A stretch of DNA of 64,000 bases from the IMG/VR virus record IMGVR_UViG_3300024346_000039, positions 11,587 through 75,586 of that record, one strand, 5' to 3'. The notes below the pieces were generated by a model that saw only the letters and a list, made by a program, of their open reading frames with translations, was not told the DNA's origin and searched no databases. This document shows positions 49,110-58,419 of this stretch, one piece after another (the first letter of the stretch is position 1; every line of letters starts with the position of its first letter). The position numbers were made by a program, and so were the translations under genes. The DNA is from a virus.

Positions 49110-49265
49110 TTAGGAATCAAGACCAAGATTTAATCGGTTTACATATGCGGATGCCCAGTTGATGGCTGAAGCCTCTGACTCCCATGGGCCAGAACTATCA
49201 ACAACTACATCATCTGACTTAACTTCACAGATAAGTTCTCTTGTTATTGTATAAGTATACGCCAT
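49110..49265 (-). CDS. Small hypothetical protein (51 aa; not in the ORF track)
   Basis: AGGAGAG RBS. MAYTYTITRELICEVKSDDVVVDSSGPWESEASAINWASAYVNRLNLGLDS. Confidence 0.7.
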   Translation of the reverse strand: MAYTYTITRELICEVKSDDVVVDSSGPWESEASAINWASAYVNRLNLGLDS

Positions 49266-49274
49266 TTTACTCTC

Positions 49275-50186
49275 CTAGTTAGTAATGAGCGATGTGCCCA
49301 GAAGCCCTAATTGACCTGCTGCAATAAACTTTGGTATTCCTGTTGGAAAGCCATAAGCAATACTATTTATGTTAGAGCCTGAAAAACTAGAATCTCCTGC
49401 TGTCCAACTTATAGCATCTGTTGAATAAATTGCTGTTCCATTCGCACCACCAATAAAAAATGTTGCTGACCCGAAATCTATGTCTCTAAGAGTGAGGGGA
49501 CCTGCTGGCTGCGTGCGTTGGGTCCAAATACTTCCATCTAACGATGTTGCAATTTTTCCATCTCCACCGCAAGCAACATAATAACCAAGCCCATATGAAA
49601 TAGAGTAAATAATGCTTGTAGTAAAACTACTTGTCCGTTGAGTCCAAGAAATTCCATCCGAAGAAGTTGCTAATTTTCCAGCAGCCCCGACTGCAACATA
49701 CAAAGACCCTGAATATGTAACACCATAAATAATTGACGTGCCAAAACTACTTGTTCTTTGAGTCCAGGAAATTCCATCTACTGAGGTTGCTAATTTTCCA
49801 GAGGCTCCTACAGCAACAAAAAGAGAGCCAGAATAAATTACATTAAGAATAATTGTTGTACCAAAACTACTTGTCCGTTGAGTCCAATTAATTCCATCTG
49901 GAGAAGTTGCTAGTTTTCCAGACGCACCGACTGCCACATAAACTCCAGCACCATATGCAACATCCCAGATGGTAGTTGTACCAAAACTACTTGTCCGTTG
50001 AGTCCAAAAAATTGCTTCGGGAGATGTTGCTAATTTTCCTGAGTTTCCAACGGCAATAAATTGACCATTTAAAAATTTTACTGATGATATTTCAGTAGTG
50101 CCAAAACTACTTGTTTGAAGAGTAAATGCTGATGGAGCATTAAGTCGAACACGAGATGACCAAATTCCATGAAGGGCTTTAAGCAT
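49275..50186 (-). CDS. BNR/Ycf48-like beta-propeller repeat protein
   Basis: About seven 40-aa repeats WTQRTSSFGT..I..V.Y....VAVG..GKLATS.DG. Confidence 0.8.
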   Translation of the reverse strand: MLKALHGIWSSRVRLNAPSAFTLQTSSFGTTEISSVKFLNGQFIAVGNSGKLATSPEAIFWTQRTSSFGTTTIWDVAYGAGVYVAVGASGKLATSPDGINWTQRTSSFGTTIILNVIYSGSLFVAVGASGKLATSVDGISWTQRTSSFGTSIIYGVTYSGSLYVAVGAAGKLATSSDGISWTQRTSSFTTSIIYSISYGLGYYVACGGDGKIATSLDGSIWTQRTQPAGPLTLRDIDFGSATFFIGGANGTAIYSTDAISWTAGDSSFSGSNINSIAYGFPTGIPKFIAAGQLGLLGTSLITN

Positions 50187-50189
50187 TAG

Positions 50190-52118
50190 TTAGCCCACCA
50201 AACTTCCAGCAAGTAACCATTCATTAGCAGCAATTTTTAGAAGAGAGCCTGTAGCGTAAGTCTGAGAAAGTTTTCTCTTTCCACCTTCAGAGTTGAGAAT
50301 AACTCCAGCACCAGGAGCAATAGTTGTTTGTCCAGAGTTGTATTGGATAAGAACAATCTGTGTCCCCACAGGGAAGGTGTATCCGCTTTGACCATCTGGA
50401 GGAATTGTCACTGTATGAGCATTAGCAACATTCATTCGAACTAATCTAAATGCATCTGCTGGAGCAAGAGTAATTGGAGTTGTGTATACGTTTCCAGTAA
50501 GTTCATAGAATGGAGTTCCTGTTGGACCAGTTGCCCCGATTCCAGTCGGACCTGTTGCGCCAGCAGGACCTGTAGGACCAGCAACAGTTGATGCAGGACC
50601 AGCAGGTCCCGTTGGTCCTTGCGGTCCAGCAGGGCCAGTGGGTCCGACAGCAGTAGATGCTGCGCCAGTTGCACCAGTAGGACCAGCAGGTCCTGTTACA
50701 GAAGGCCCTGTGGCACCAGTAGCACCAGTTGCACCAGTCGGCCCAGTTGGGCCTGGAACAGTTGAGTCTGCACCCTGCGGTCCAGCAGGTCCAGTAATTG
50801 ATAATCCAGTTGCACCAGTAGGTCCAATTGGACCTGACACACCTTGCGGACCTACAACTGGTCCAGCGTTCTGCCAGTCAGATACAGCAGCATTCCAAAT
50901 CCATAAGTTAGTTCCGACAATGTATCCATCGCCAACAAGGTTTGTTTGACCAGCACGAGCAGCAGCCAAAGCAGGATAACTTGGGTAGAAACCTAAAATC
51001 TTAATACCAATACCAGTTGGGCCTGTAACGCCAATCGGTCCAGTAATGCCCTGTGCACCAGTTGGACCAGTAATTCCTTGTGGCCCAGTTGGACCTTGAA
51101 TACCTGTTGGACCAATATTACCTGTTGCTCCTTGGAAGCCACGAATACCAGTTGGACCAGTAATACCCTGAATACCTTGCGGTCCAGTAATTGATAAACC
51201 AGTTGCTCCTGTTGCACCAGTTGGTCCAGTAATACCCTGAATACCTTGTGCACCAGTAGGTCCTTGAATGACACCTACGTTTGCCCAGACTTCAGATGCG
51301 TTCCACACATATAAAGTTCCTTGAACTAAATAACCTTGTCCAGGCATTGTTGGTCCAAATGGAAGTGCAGCAAGTAATTCTGGAAAAGTATTAAAACTTC
51401 CAGCAATAGTAAGACCAACACCTTGGTCTCCAGTTGGGCCTTGTGTGCCAGTTGGTCCTGTTACTCCTTGTGGCCCCGTAGGTCCTAGTGGACCAGTTAC
51501 ACCTTGAGGCCCTCTAATACTTCCTAAGTTTTCCCAAGAAAAAGATGTTGTTGACCACGAATAAACTTGCCCGTCAACTAAATATGAATGAGTTGGAATT
51601 GTTGGGCCAGTAGGTAGTGCAGCAATGAGAGCAGCAGGGTTTGGATACGTTCCAGCAATTTTTGCTTCATATCCGCGAGGACCAGTCCAACCAGTAGGAC
51701 CAGTTAATCCAATAATTCCTTGAGGTCCAGTAAAACCAGTAGGTCCTGTAGGACCTGTAACTCCTTGTGGTCCAGTTGGCCCAGTTACACCACCAATACT
51801 TGATGCAGATTCAACCCAATAGTTATCATAATAAACATATAACTGCCCAGTTGCAGAATCAAACCAAGCGTCACCAGATGCAGCATTAGATGGTGGTGTT
51901 GAAGATTCTAAAGCAAACTTTCCATAGCGACCAGTCGCACCTGTTGGGCCAGTGACGTTTGATGCAGCACCAGTAGGTCCTACTGCACCAGTTGGACCCG
52001 TTGGTCCAGTAAGTGGACTAACAACAATATTCCATGTTGTTCCATCCCACTTCCATTCTTGCAAACCAAATTGATAAATGTCATTTACTTGAGGGTTTGA
52101 TGGAAAATTAATAGCCAT
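50190..52118 (-). CDS. Collagen-like fibre protein (642 aa)
   Basis: GPT-rich triplets, MAINFP.NP...WKWDG..W N-terminus, C-terminal TVTIP.....FPVGTQI...Q...GQ.TI..GAGV domain. Confidence 0.85.
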   Translation of the reverse strand: MAINFPSNPQVNDIYQFGLQEWKWDGTTWNIVVSPLTGPTGPTGAVGPTGAASNVTGPTGATGRYGKFALESSTPPSNAASGDAWFDSATGQLYVYYDNYWVESASSIGGVTGPTGPQGVTGPTGPTGFTGPQGIIGLTGPTGWTGPRGYEAKIAGTYPNPAALIAALPTGPTIPTHSYLVDGQVYSWSTTSFSWENLGSIRGPQGVTGPLGPTGPQGVTGPTGTQGPTGDQGVGLTIAGSFNTFPELLAALPFGPTMPGQGYLVQGTLYVWNASEVWANVGVIQGPTGAQGIQGITGPTGATGATGLSITGPQGIQGITGPTGIRGFQGATGNIGPTGIQGPTGPQGITGPTGAQGITGPIGVTGPTGIGIKILGFYPSYPALAAARAGQTNLVGDGYIVGTNLWIWNAAVSDWQNAGPVVGPQGVSGPIGPTGATGLSITGPAGPQGADSTVPGPTGPTGATGATGATGPSVTGPAGPTGATGAASTAVGPTGPAGPQGPTGPAGPASTVAGPTGPAGATGPTGIGATGPTGTPFYELTGNVYTTPITLAPADAFRLVRMNVANAHTVTIPPDGQSGYTFPVGTQIVLIQYNSGQTTIAPGAGVILNSEGGKRKLSQTYATGSLLKIAANEWLLAGSLVG

Positions 52119-52121
52119 TTA

Positions 52122-55100
52122 TTACACTGCCCTCTCATACATAAACTCAACAATAATTTCATCATTAGGATTAAATGTAAATGGGTCAGTGTGGCTTGCA
52201 GGTAATCCTTCTGCATAAACTGCCACCTGAGTATGAATGAACAATTCAACTCTTGTTCTATCATCATTGTTAATAGCAACTGTTCCAAAGAAGTTTTTAC
52301 CAGTGCTAATACTTCTCATTGTGACAGTTCCTATTGGTTCAACGTTTCTCATACCGTTCACTGCTGTGAATGGAAGTGTAATTCTATATGTTCCATTTCC
52401 ACGGTTGGTGGTTGAGCCAGCAACAATAAATAGATTTCCTTTAATCAATCTACCCATTTCGACATATTTACCAAAGATAGTTCCATTGCCTAGAGTTGGG
52501 TTAATACTTGTTGCCGTCCACACGGGGGTATATGTGTTCCAACTACCATAATCAAATGCACCAGTCGCACCTGTTGCACCAACCTGCCCTGTTGGTCCAG
52601 TAATTCCTTGTTCACCTTGCGGACCAGTAATTCCTTGCGGACCTGTAGGGCCTTGGAAACGACCAGTGTTGTCCCAGTTAAGATTAATAGCGTCCCATAC
52701 ATAGAGGTCACCACCAACAATATACGCTTCTCCAGCAAAACCTGTAGGACGTTCTTCAATAAAGACTCCGTAAACTCCATAAGAACCAGAAATAAAGAGA
52801 CCCTGACCAGTATCACCCTTAACGCCAGTAGCGCCAGTAGGTCCAATCAAGCCTTGCTGACCAGTCGGTCCAGTAATTCCTTGAATACCTTGAATGCCTT
52901 GTGGACCAGTCGCACCTACTGCACCAGTCGGTCCAGTAATTCCTTGAATACCTTGAATGCCTTGTGGACCAGTAATTGAAAGACCTGTGGCACCCGTAGG
53001 CCCTGTAATACCTTGAATACCTTGTGGACCAGTAATACCTTGAATGCCTTGTGGCCCAGTTGGACCAGTAATTCCTTGTGGTCCAGTTAATCCACGAATA
53101 CCAGTAGGTCCTTGAATACCTTGAATGCCTTGTGGCCCAGTTGGACCAGTAATTCCTTGTGCACCTGTTGGACCAGTAATACCTTGAATACCTTGAATAC
53201 CTTGCGGTCCTGTAGCACCTACCGCACCTGTAGGTCCAGTAATACCTTGAATACCTGTAGCACCAGTCGCACCTGTTGCACCAACCTGCCCTGTTGGTCC
53301 AGTAATACCTTGAATACCTGTAGCACCAGTCGCACCTGTTGCACCAACCTGCCCTGTTGGTCCAGTAATACCTTGAATACCTGTAGCACCAGTTGCACCT
53401 GTAGCACCTACTGGACCTGTAGGTCCAATTGGAGCAGCACCAACTTCTACCCAGTATGAGTCGTAATAAACATAAATTTTTCCATTGGTAGCGTTAAACC
53501 ATGAATCACCATTTTGTGGATTTGCTGGAGGTGTTGTTGCTTCAAGAGCAAAACTTCCATAGCGACCTGTAGGTCCTGTAGCACCTGTTGGGCCAACAAT
53601 TTGTCCAGCATCAACCCAAGAGTCACCATCCCATATATAAATATTTCCGTCAGCATCAACAATGTATGCATCGTTAATATTATTTCCAGATGATGGAAGA
53701 AGTGATGAGGTAGCAACACTTCCCTTAAGAACAATTGATGCTCCTGATTCACCAGTTGCACCTGTAGCACCAGTAGCACCTGTTAAACCAGTTAAACCAG
53801 TTGCACCAGTAGCACCAGTTGCACCAGTTAAACCAGTTGCACCAGTAGCACCTGTAGCACCAGTAGCACCCATAACACCAGTTGCACCTGTTGGACCAGA
53901 AACGTTACCTACGTTTGTCCAAGAATCTCCGTCCCATACATAAAGATTTCCTTGAACTAAATATGAATCACCTTCTGTTGAAGGGCCTGTTGGTAGTGCT
54001 GCAATTAGTTCTGCTGATGTTTGATAAGACCCTGCAATTGCAAGACCTTGCCCCTGAGCACCAGTAGGTCCAGTTGGACCTGGAACAGTTGAGGTAGCGC
54101 CAGTTGCACCAGTAGCACCAGTTGCACCGACTGCACCAGTAGGTCCTTGAATACCAGTAGCACCAGTTGCACCCGTTGGTCCAACTTCACCTTGAATACC
54201 AGTAGGGCCTTGAATACCTTGTGCACCAGTAGCACCAGTTGCACCAGTAGCACCTGTAGGGCCTTGAATACCTTGTGAACCAGTTGCACCAGTGGGACCA
54301 ACAGAGCCTGTAGGTCCTGGAACAGTTGAGTCTGCACCAGTAGCACCTGTAGGTCCTTGAATACCAGTAGCACCAGTAGCACCAGTTGCACCAGTTAAAC
54401 CAGTTGGTCCAACTTCACCTTGAATACCTGTAGGTCCTTGAATACCAGTTGCACCAGTAGGTCCAACTTCACCTTGAATACCTTGAAGACCTGTAGGTCC
54501 TTGAACACCAGTTGCACCCGTTGCGCCAGTCGCACCCTGAACACCTGTAGGTCCTTGAATACCAGTTGCACCAGTAGGTCCAACTTCACCTTGAATACCC
54601 TGCGAACCAGTCGCACCTGTTGGTCCCTGAACACCACTTGCACCAGTAGCACCAGTTGGTCCTGCAACTGTGCTTGCTGCACCAGTTGCTCCAGTTGGTC
54701 CAGTTTCACCGATATCGCCTTTTGCACCTGTAGCACCAGTTGCACCAGTTGCGCCTTGAATACCAGTTGCACCAGTAGGTCCAACATTGCCTTGAATACC
54801 TTGTGCACCTGTTGCACCTTGTGCACCAGTTGGTCCAACTTCACCTTGAATACCTTGAATACCAGTTGCACCTGTAGGGCCTTGAATACCTTGTGCACCA
54901 GTAGCACCAGTTGCACCAGTTGCACCTGTAGCACCAGTTAAACCTGTAGCACCTGTAGGGCCAACTGCACCTGTCGGGCCTTGAATATTTCCAACGCTAT
55001 CCCATTCGGAATTTACTGCGTCCCAGACATAAAGATTTCCTGCAACGATATAACTATCGCCAGGATTTCCTGTTGGTTGTGCTGTTTGTAATGCAACTAA

Positions 55101-55895
55101 TGTTGCATAAGAACCAAGAATTGTTACAGACGTACCAGCAGCACCAGTTGCACCTGTTGGTCCAAGTAAACCAGTTGGCCCTGTTACACCTTGAATACCT
55201 TGAATACCTTGAATACCTTGTGCACCTGTTGCACCAGTTGGCCCTGTTACACCTTGAATACCTTGAATACCTTGTGCACCTGTTGCACCAGTATTTCCTT
55301 GAATACCTTGTGCACCTGTTGGACCAACAGCACCTTGTGGACCTGTAATACCTTGAAGACCTTGTTGTCCTGTTGCTCCCGTAGCACCAGTGGCACCGAC
55401 AAGACCTCTTTGTCCTGTAGGACCAGTTGGTCCACCCGCTGGGCCTGGCATACCTGTCGGACCAGTCGCACCTGTTAAACCTGTAGGACCTGTGGCACCC
55501 TGTGGACCCACTGAACCACGAGGAACAGACACCGCAGCCTGAGATGCAACTGCTCCACTTACTGGGTCAACATTTGTAATATCTACATCGCTACCATCAT
55601 TATCTGGTAAGTAGAAGTCAAAGTTGTATGCTTTTGCTCCGTAAACACGGACGCGAACTGTGTAATACCAACCGACAGGCGACAGCGCTCTGTTATCAGT
55701 TGTAGGTAAATCAATACTGAATGCACCAGTATTATCTAATTCAAGTTGTATAGGCCCTGATAAAATTACTGCATCATTAGTATCTGTAATCTTTCCAGAG
55801 GCAGAGAAAGTGACAGTTCCAGAAGCGGGAAGACCATTTACCTTAGTAAATTGACCCTTGACCGTTCTAGTTGTCACATCTTCTGAATAACTCAT
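52122..55895 (-). CDS. Long collagen-like fibre protein (1257 aa) with N-terminal anchor and C-terminal receptor-binding-like head
   Basis: Hundreds of GPT/GAT/GIQ triplets. N-terminal G.PASG.VTF...LD..G.FS..LP..D domain. C-terminal W.TYTP.W.....LGNGT..G.Y...G head. Confidence 0.88.
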   Translation of the reverse strand: MSYSEDVTTRTVKGQFTKVNGLPASGTVTFSASGKITDTNDAVILSGPIQLELDNTGAFSIDLPTTDNRALSPVGWYYTVRVRVYGAKAYNFDFYLPDNDGSDVDITNVDPVSGAVASQAAVSVPRGSVGPQGATGPTGLTGATGPTGMPGPAGGPTGPTGQRGLVGATGATGATGQQGLQGITGPQGAVGPTGAQGIQGNTGATGAQGIQGIQGVTGPTGATGAQGIQGIQGIQGVTGPTGLLGPTGATGAAGTSVTILGSYATLVALQTAQPTGNPGDSYIVAGNLYVWDAVNSEWDSVGNIQGPTGAVGPTGATGLTGATGATGATGATGAQGIQGPTGATGIQGIQGEVGPTGAQGATGAQGIQGNVGPTGATGIQGATGATGATGAKGDIGETGPTGATGAASTVAGPTGATGASGVQGPTGATGSQGIQGEVGPTGATGIQGPTGVQGATGATGATGVQGPTGLQGIQGEVGPTGATGIQGPTGIQGEVGPTGLTGATGATGATGIQGPTGATGADSTVPGPTGSVGPTGATGSQGIQGPTGATGATGATGAQGIQGPTGIQGEVGPTGATGATGIQGPTGAVGATGATGATGATSTVPGPTGPTGAQGQGLAIAGSYQTSAELIAALPTGPSTEGDSYLVQGNLYVWDGDSWTNVGNVSGPTGATGVMGATGATGATGATGLTGATGATGATGLTGLTGATGATGATGESGASIVLKGSVATSSLLPSSGNNINDAYIVDADGNIYIWDGDSWVDAGQIVGPTGATGPTGRYGSFALEATTPPANPQNGDSWFNATNGKIYVYYDSYWVEVGAAPIGPTGPVGATGATGATGIQGITGPTGQVGATGATGATGIQGITGPTGQVGATGATGATGIQGITGPTGAVGATGPQGIQGIQGITGPTGAQGITGPTGPQGIQGIQGPTGIRGLTGPQGITGPTGPQGIQGITGPQGIQGITGPTGATGLSITGPQGIQGIQGITGPTGAVGATGPQGIQGIQGITGPTGQQGLIGPTGATGVKGDTGQGLFISGSYGVYGVFIEERPTGFAGEAYIVGGDLYVWDAINLNWDNTGRFQGPTGPQGITGPQGEQGITGPTGQVGATGATGAFDYGSWNTYTPVWTATSINPTLGNGTIFGKYVEMGRLIKGNLFIVAGSTTNRGNGTYRITLPFTAVNGMRNVEPIGTVTMRSISTGKNFFGTVAINNDDRTRVELFIHTQVAVYAEGLPASHTDPFTFNPNDEIIVEFMYERAV
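53233..53400. repeat. 63-bp near-perfect tandem repeat inside the collagen gene
   Basis: ggtccagtaataccttgaatacctgtagcacc... recurs at 53233, 53296 and 53359. Confidence 0.8.
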
Positions 55896-55952
55896 TAATT
55901 CTCCAGTTACGACAGCAGCCCGGTGAGATACAATATCCCTCTTATCGTTCCT

Positions 55953-56008
55953 ATTTTACGGGGTTTTGCCAACCCTTAGTTTAGGTTTTGGCAACTGTTT
56001 TTAGTTTT
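55953..56008 (-). promoter_or_regulatory. Putative promoter of the collagen operon with paired repeats
   Basis: -10 TAAAAT (55953-58, minus strand). GGTTTTG[C/G]CAAC direct repeats at 55962 and 55984. Confidence 0.45.
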
Positions 56009-56009
56009 A

Positions 56010-57221
56010 TTAATTTCTGCTTGCTCTGATGATACTTATATCTTTTCGTGGGTCCCAGCCTTCGCCAATAACCATACTAAGAATTCCTGCTGGAGACTCC
56101 AGTCCAGTTCGGTCTCTAAACCAAGCCGAGCCTGGGTCCAGGGTCGGGCATTGTGCCCAAAAACGTGGCCCGATATCCATAGTTTTAAAGTGGTGGAAGT
56201 GGCCTGATAGCCAGACATCGCAATTACCAAGTGCAGTTTGTCCCGCTGCTTGACCAGATAAATACTTAACAGGGTCTTTAGATTGATGACCATGAAATAG
56301 ACCAAGCATTGTTCCATTGATATTTACAGCAAGAGTTTGATGGTCACTTTCTGGAAACCTAAACTCAACATGAGCCAGATGCGGGTTTTCTGCACAAGCG
56401 TCTTGAACAGCACTTGCAATTTCTACGTTCCATCCATCTGCTGGGTCTGCTGTTACCTGACGAGTTACTTCATCGTGGTTTCCATTTACAACTGGAACAA
56501 TAATTTTGTCTGAGATTTCAGCAAAGGCTTTAATCTGCGACATCAAAAGACGACGTCCTACTCTAGTCTGTTCAGTAAGTCCTAGGTCAGAACCTGCTTG
56601 ACCTTGTAGTCGCCCATTTTGAGAAACGTTGCCTTCAACATGGTCTCCTAGAAGAGCAATTACTGTGGTTCCAATATTGCGTCCTATCTTTCTCAACTCT
56701 TGAAGGCGATGGACTCCACCTTCAGTGGTTTCCAAGATGCGGGCAACTGAATCAATTGTTCCTCCCCCGCTACCTTTCTTACCAAGTTGCTGGTCGCTAG
56801 GTGCAAAAACAAAAGCCAACTCTCCTGATGTAGTTTTTTGTTTTGCCTTCGGTCTCCACTTAGAAATTTCGTCAACAAGTTTTTCTAAATCTAAATCATT
56901 CTCTTTTAATACACCTACAGGAACAACATTGACACGCATGGACTCAAGCCACTCGCCTTTAAATGTTTGCCACTGCCCTCTTCGCAAAGAAGTAATTGCC
57001 CATGCGGATGGGTCTAACTTAAACTCTGCCAAGATATTTGCTGCATCTGGCATCTCACTTCCAGGCCGTGGCGTTGAAACAACAAAGCCACCTTCTGGTC
57101 CGACATCCATACGAGGACGCCACGCTTCGGGAATATTGAGAGCCTTTAGGTCAGAGCCATTTGGTCCTGGGCTAACAAGCCTTGCTAAACGCTCTGCTAA
57201 TGACTCTGTATCTTCAGCCAC
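56010..57221 (-). CDS. Calcineurin-like metallophosphoesterase (MRE11-like nuclease family)
   Basis: SDQQ, GDHVE, GNHDE, FHGH and SGHFHH motifs. Confidence 0.82.
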   Translation of the reverse strand: MAEDTESLAERLARLVSPGPNGSDLKALNIPEAWRPRMDVGPEGGFVVSTPRPGSEMPDAANILAEFKLDPSAWAITSLRRGQWQTFKGEWLESMRVNVVPVGVLKENDLDLEKLVDEISKWRPKAKQKTTSGELAFVFAPSDQQLGKKGSGGGTIDSVARILETTEGGVHRLQELRKIGRNIGTTVIALLGDHVEGNVSQNGRLQGQAGSDLGLTEQTRVGRRLLMSQIKAFAEISDKIIVPVVNGNHDEVTRQVTADPADGWNVEIASAVQDACAENPHLAHVEFRFPESDHQTLAVNINGTMLGLFHGHQSKDPVKYLSGQAAGQTALGNCDVWLSGHFHHFKTMDIGPRFWAQCPTLDPGSAWFRDRTGLESPAGILSMVIGEGWDPRKDISIIRASRN

Positions 57222-57532
57222 TATTGTTTACCGTCACTTTTTATTTTAGTTTTTTGAATTGCTACACGACGAGCACTGTTCTTACCGATGTAGCATCGGC
57301 ACTGCTGCGAGCGATGTAGACGGATTGATGCAAAAGCAATGTCATAGCCTTCATCAAGAAGGATTTCGTGGACCTGTCTATTAGAAATTCCACCAGGAAC
57401 TGAGCGAACACCCATTACGGTTTCAAGGGCTTTTCTATCTTCTGTTGCAAGACCTGCAAGGATTTTTGCAATTCCGCAAGGAAGACCTGGAGCGGAAGGG
57501 GTTATCTTATTTAACTTCTCTGCCAGACTCAT
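57221..57532 (-). CDS. Small basic HTH-like protein with Cys/His motif
   Basis: C...ISNRQVHEIL..EGY.I....IRLHR..QCRC; GAGAGG RBS. Confidence 0.65.
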   Translation of the reverse strand: MSLAEKLNKITPSAPGLPCGIAKILAGLATEDRKALETVMGVRSVPGGISNRQVHEILLDEGYDIAFASIRLHRSQQCRCYIGKNSARRVAIQKTKIKSDGKQ

Positions 57533-57548
57533 ATTACATACCTCTCTA

Positions 57549-57598
57549 TGTTGTCGGAAACCCTGCTGATAAGTCAGCCAGATTCCACACCCACAACA
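57549..57598 (-). promoter_or_regulatory. Hairpin in the 5' region of the HTH-like gene
   Basis: TGTTGT/ACAACA, GGAA/TTCC and GCTGA/TCAGC nested stems. Confidence 0.4.
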
Positions 57599-57645
57599 AT
57601 AACAGGTAAAGTGCTTTTTTGGGAAGATATGTTAGATTTTTATTT

Positions 57646-57990
57646 TTAAGAGTTTTTTCTTTTTGAGCCTACTGCTCTTACAGCCTTTAACGGCTTTGGC
57701 TCAACCATTGCTATAACTAGGTCTTTCATAATACCGACCTCTGATGCAATTTTTTGATTACTAAGTTCAATCTGCGAAACTTGGTCTGCTAGCGAGGAGC
57801 CCCCATTAGGCCAAAGTTGATGTTCAACTTTATGCATTCTCTCTGATAAAGTGCGACCTTCTTCATCTACGCCAATAGCCATTTCTACCCTTTTTGCAAT
57901 TTTATACATAGAATATAAAAAGCCTATAAGAAGGGATACCCCACCGACGATGGCAACAACAGAAGTGAAGACCATATTTGCTTCAGACAT
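57646..57990 (-). CDS. Single-TM membrane protein (DUF2746-like, lysis-cassette associated in actinophages)
   Basis: N-terminal TM helix, then PNGGSSLAD motif and coiled coil. Confidence 0.6.
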   Translation of the reverse strand: MSEANMVFTSVVAIVGGVSLLIGFLYSMYKIAKRVEMAIGVDEEGRTLSERMHKVEHQLWPNGGSSLADQVSQIELSNQKIASEVGIMKDLVIAMVEPKPLKAVRAVGSKRKNS

Positions 57991-58194
57991 AGGTACACCA
58001 ATACAATAGATAGTAGGTAGTTAACACCCAATTATTTCATAACATTATGTTATCTATTCTCAAATACTGACTAATTTATAGGTTAGAGCCACCTAAAAAG
58101 GCTTAAAGATGTATAGTGGTTCATATTGACGAAATGACACAAATTCGCCAAACTTTGGACCTCAACCGTAAAGCGAAGAAGGGTAAACATATAA

Positions 58195-58419
58195 ATGCTT
58201 CAGACAGGTAAAAGGCTTAGCGTAAGAGCGACTGCTATGAGATACGGAATACCGCCACGAGTAGTTACAAGAGCCATATGGTCTGGAGAGTTATCTGGCA
58301 TTAAAACCACCACAGAAACGGGAAGAGAGCGTGTATACATTCTTGTTAACGATGCGGATGCTTGGTTTAACTCGCTTTCACTAAATCAAGAATCTGTTTC
58401 TATTGGTGGTGCTGAATGA
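58195..58419 (+). CDS. HTH DNA-binding protein (MerR/excisionase-like)
   Basis: LSVR.TA.RYGIP...V.RAI.SGEL...YI...D.DAW; ATGA overlap with primase. Confidence 0.7.
   Translation: MLQTGKRLSVRATAMRYGIPPRVVTRAIWSGELSGIKTTTETGRERVYILVNDADAWFNSLSLNQESVSIGGAE

Noticed and set aside
52233-55478. Many alternative-frame and antisense ORFs in the collagen genes
   Set aside because: By-products of G-X-Y codon periodicity.
23817-55895. Diversity-generating retroelement or invertible tail-fibre switch
   Set aside because: No reverse transcriptase, recombinase, adenine-specific TR/VR pair or flanking inverted repeats were found in this window.
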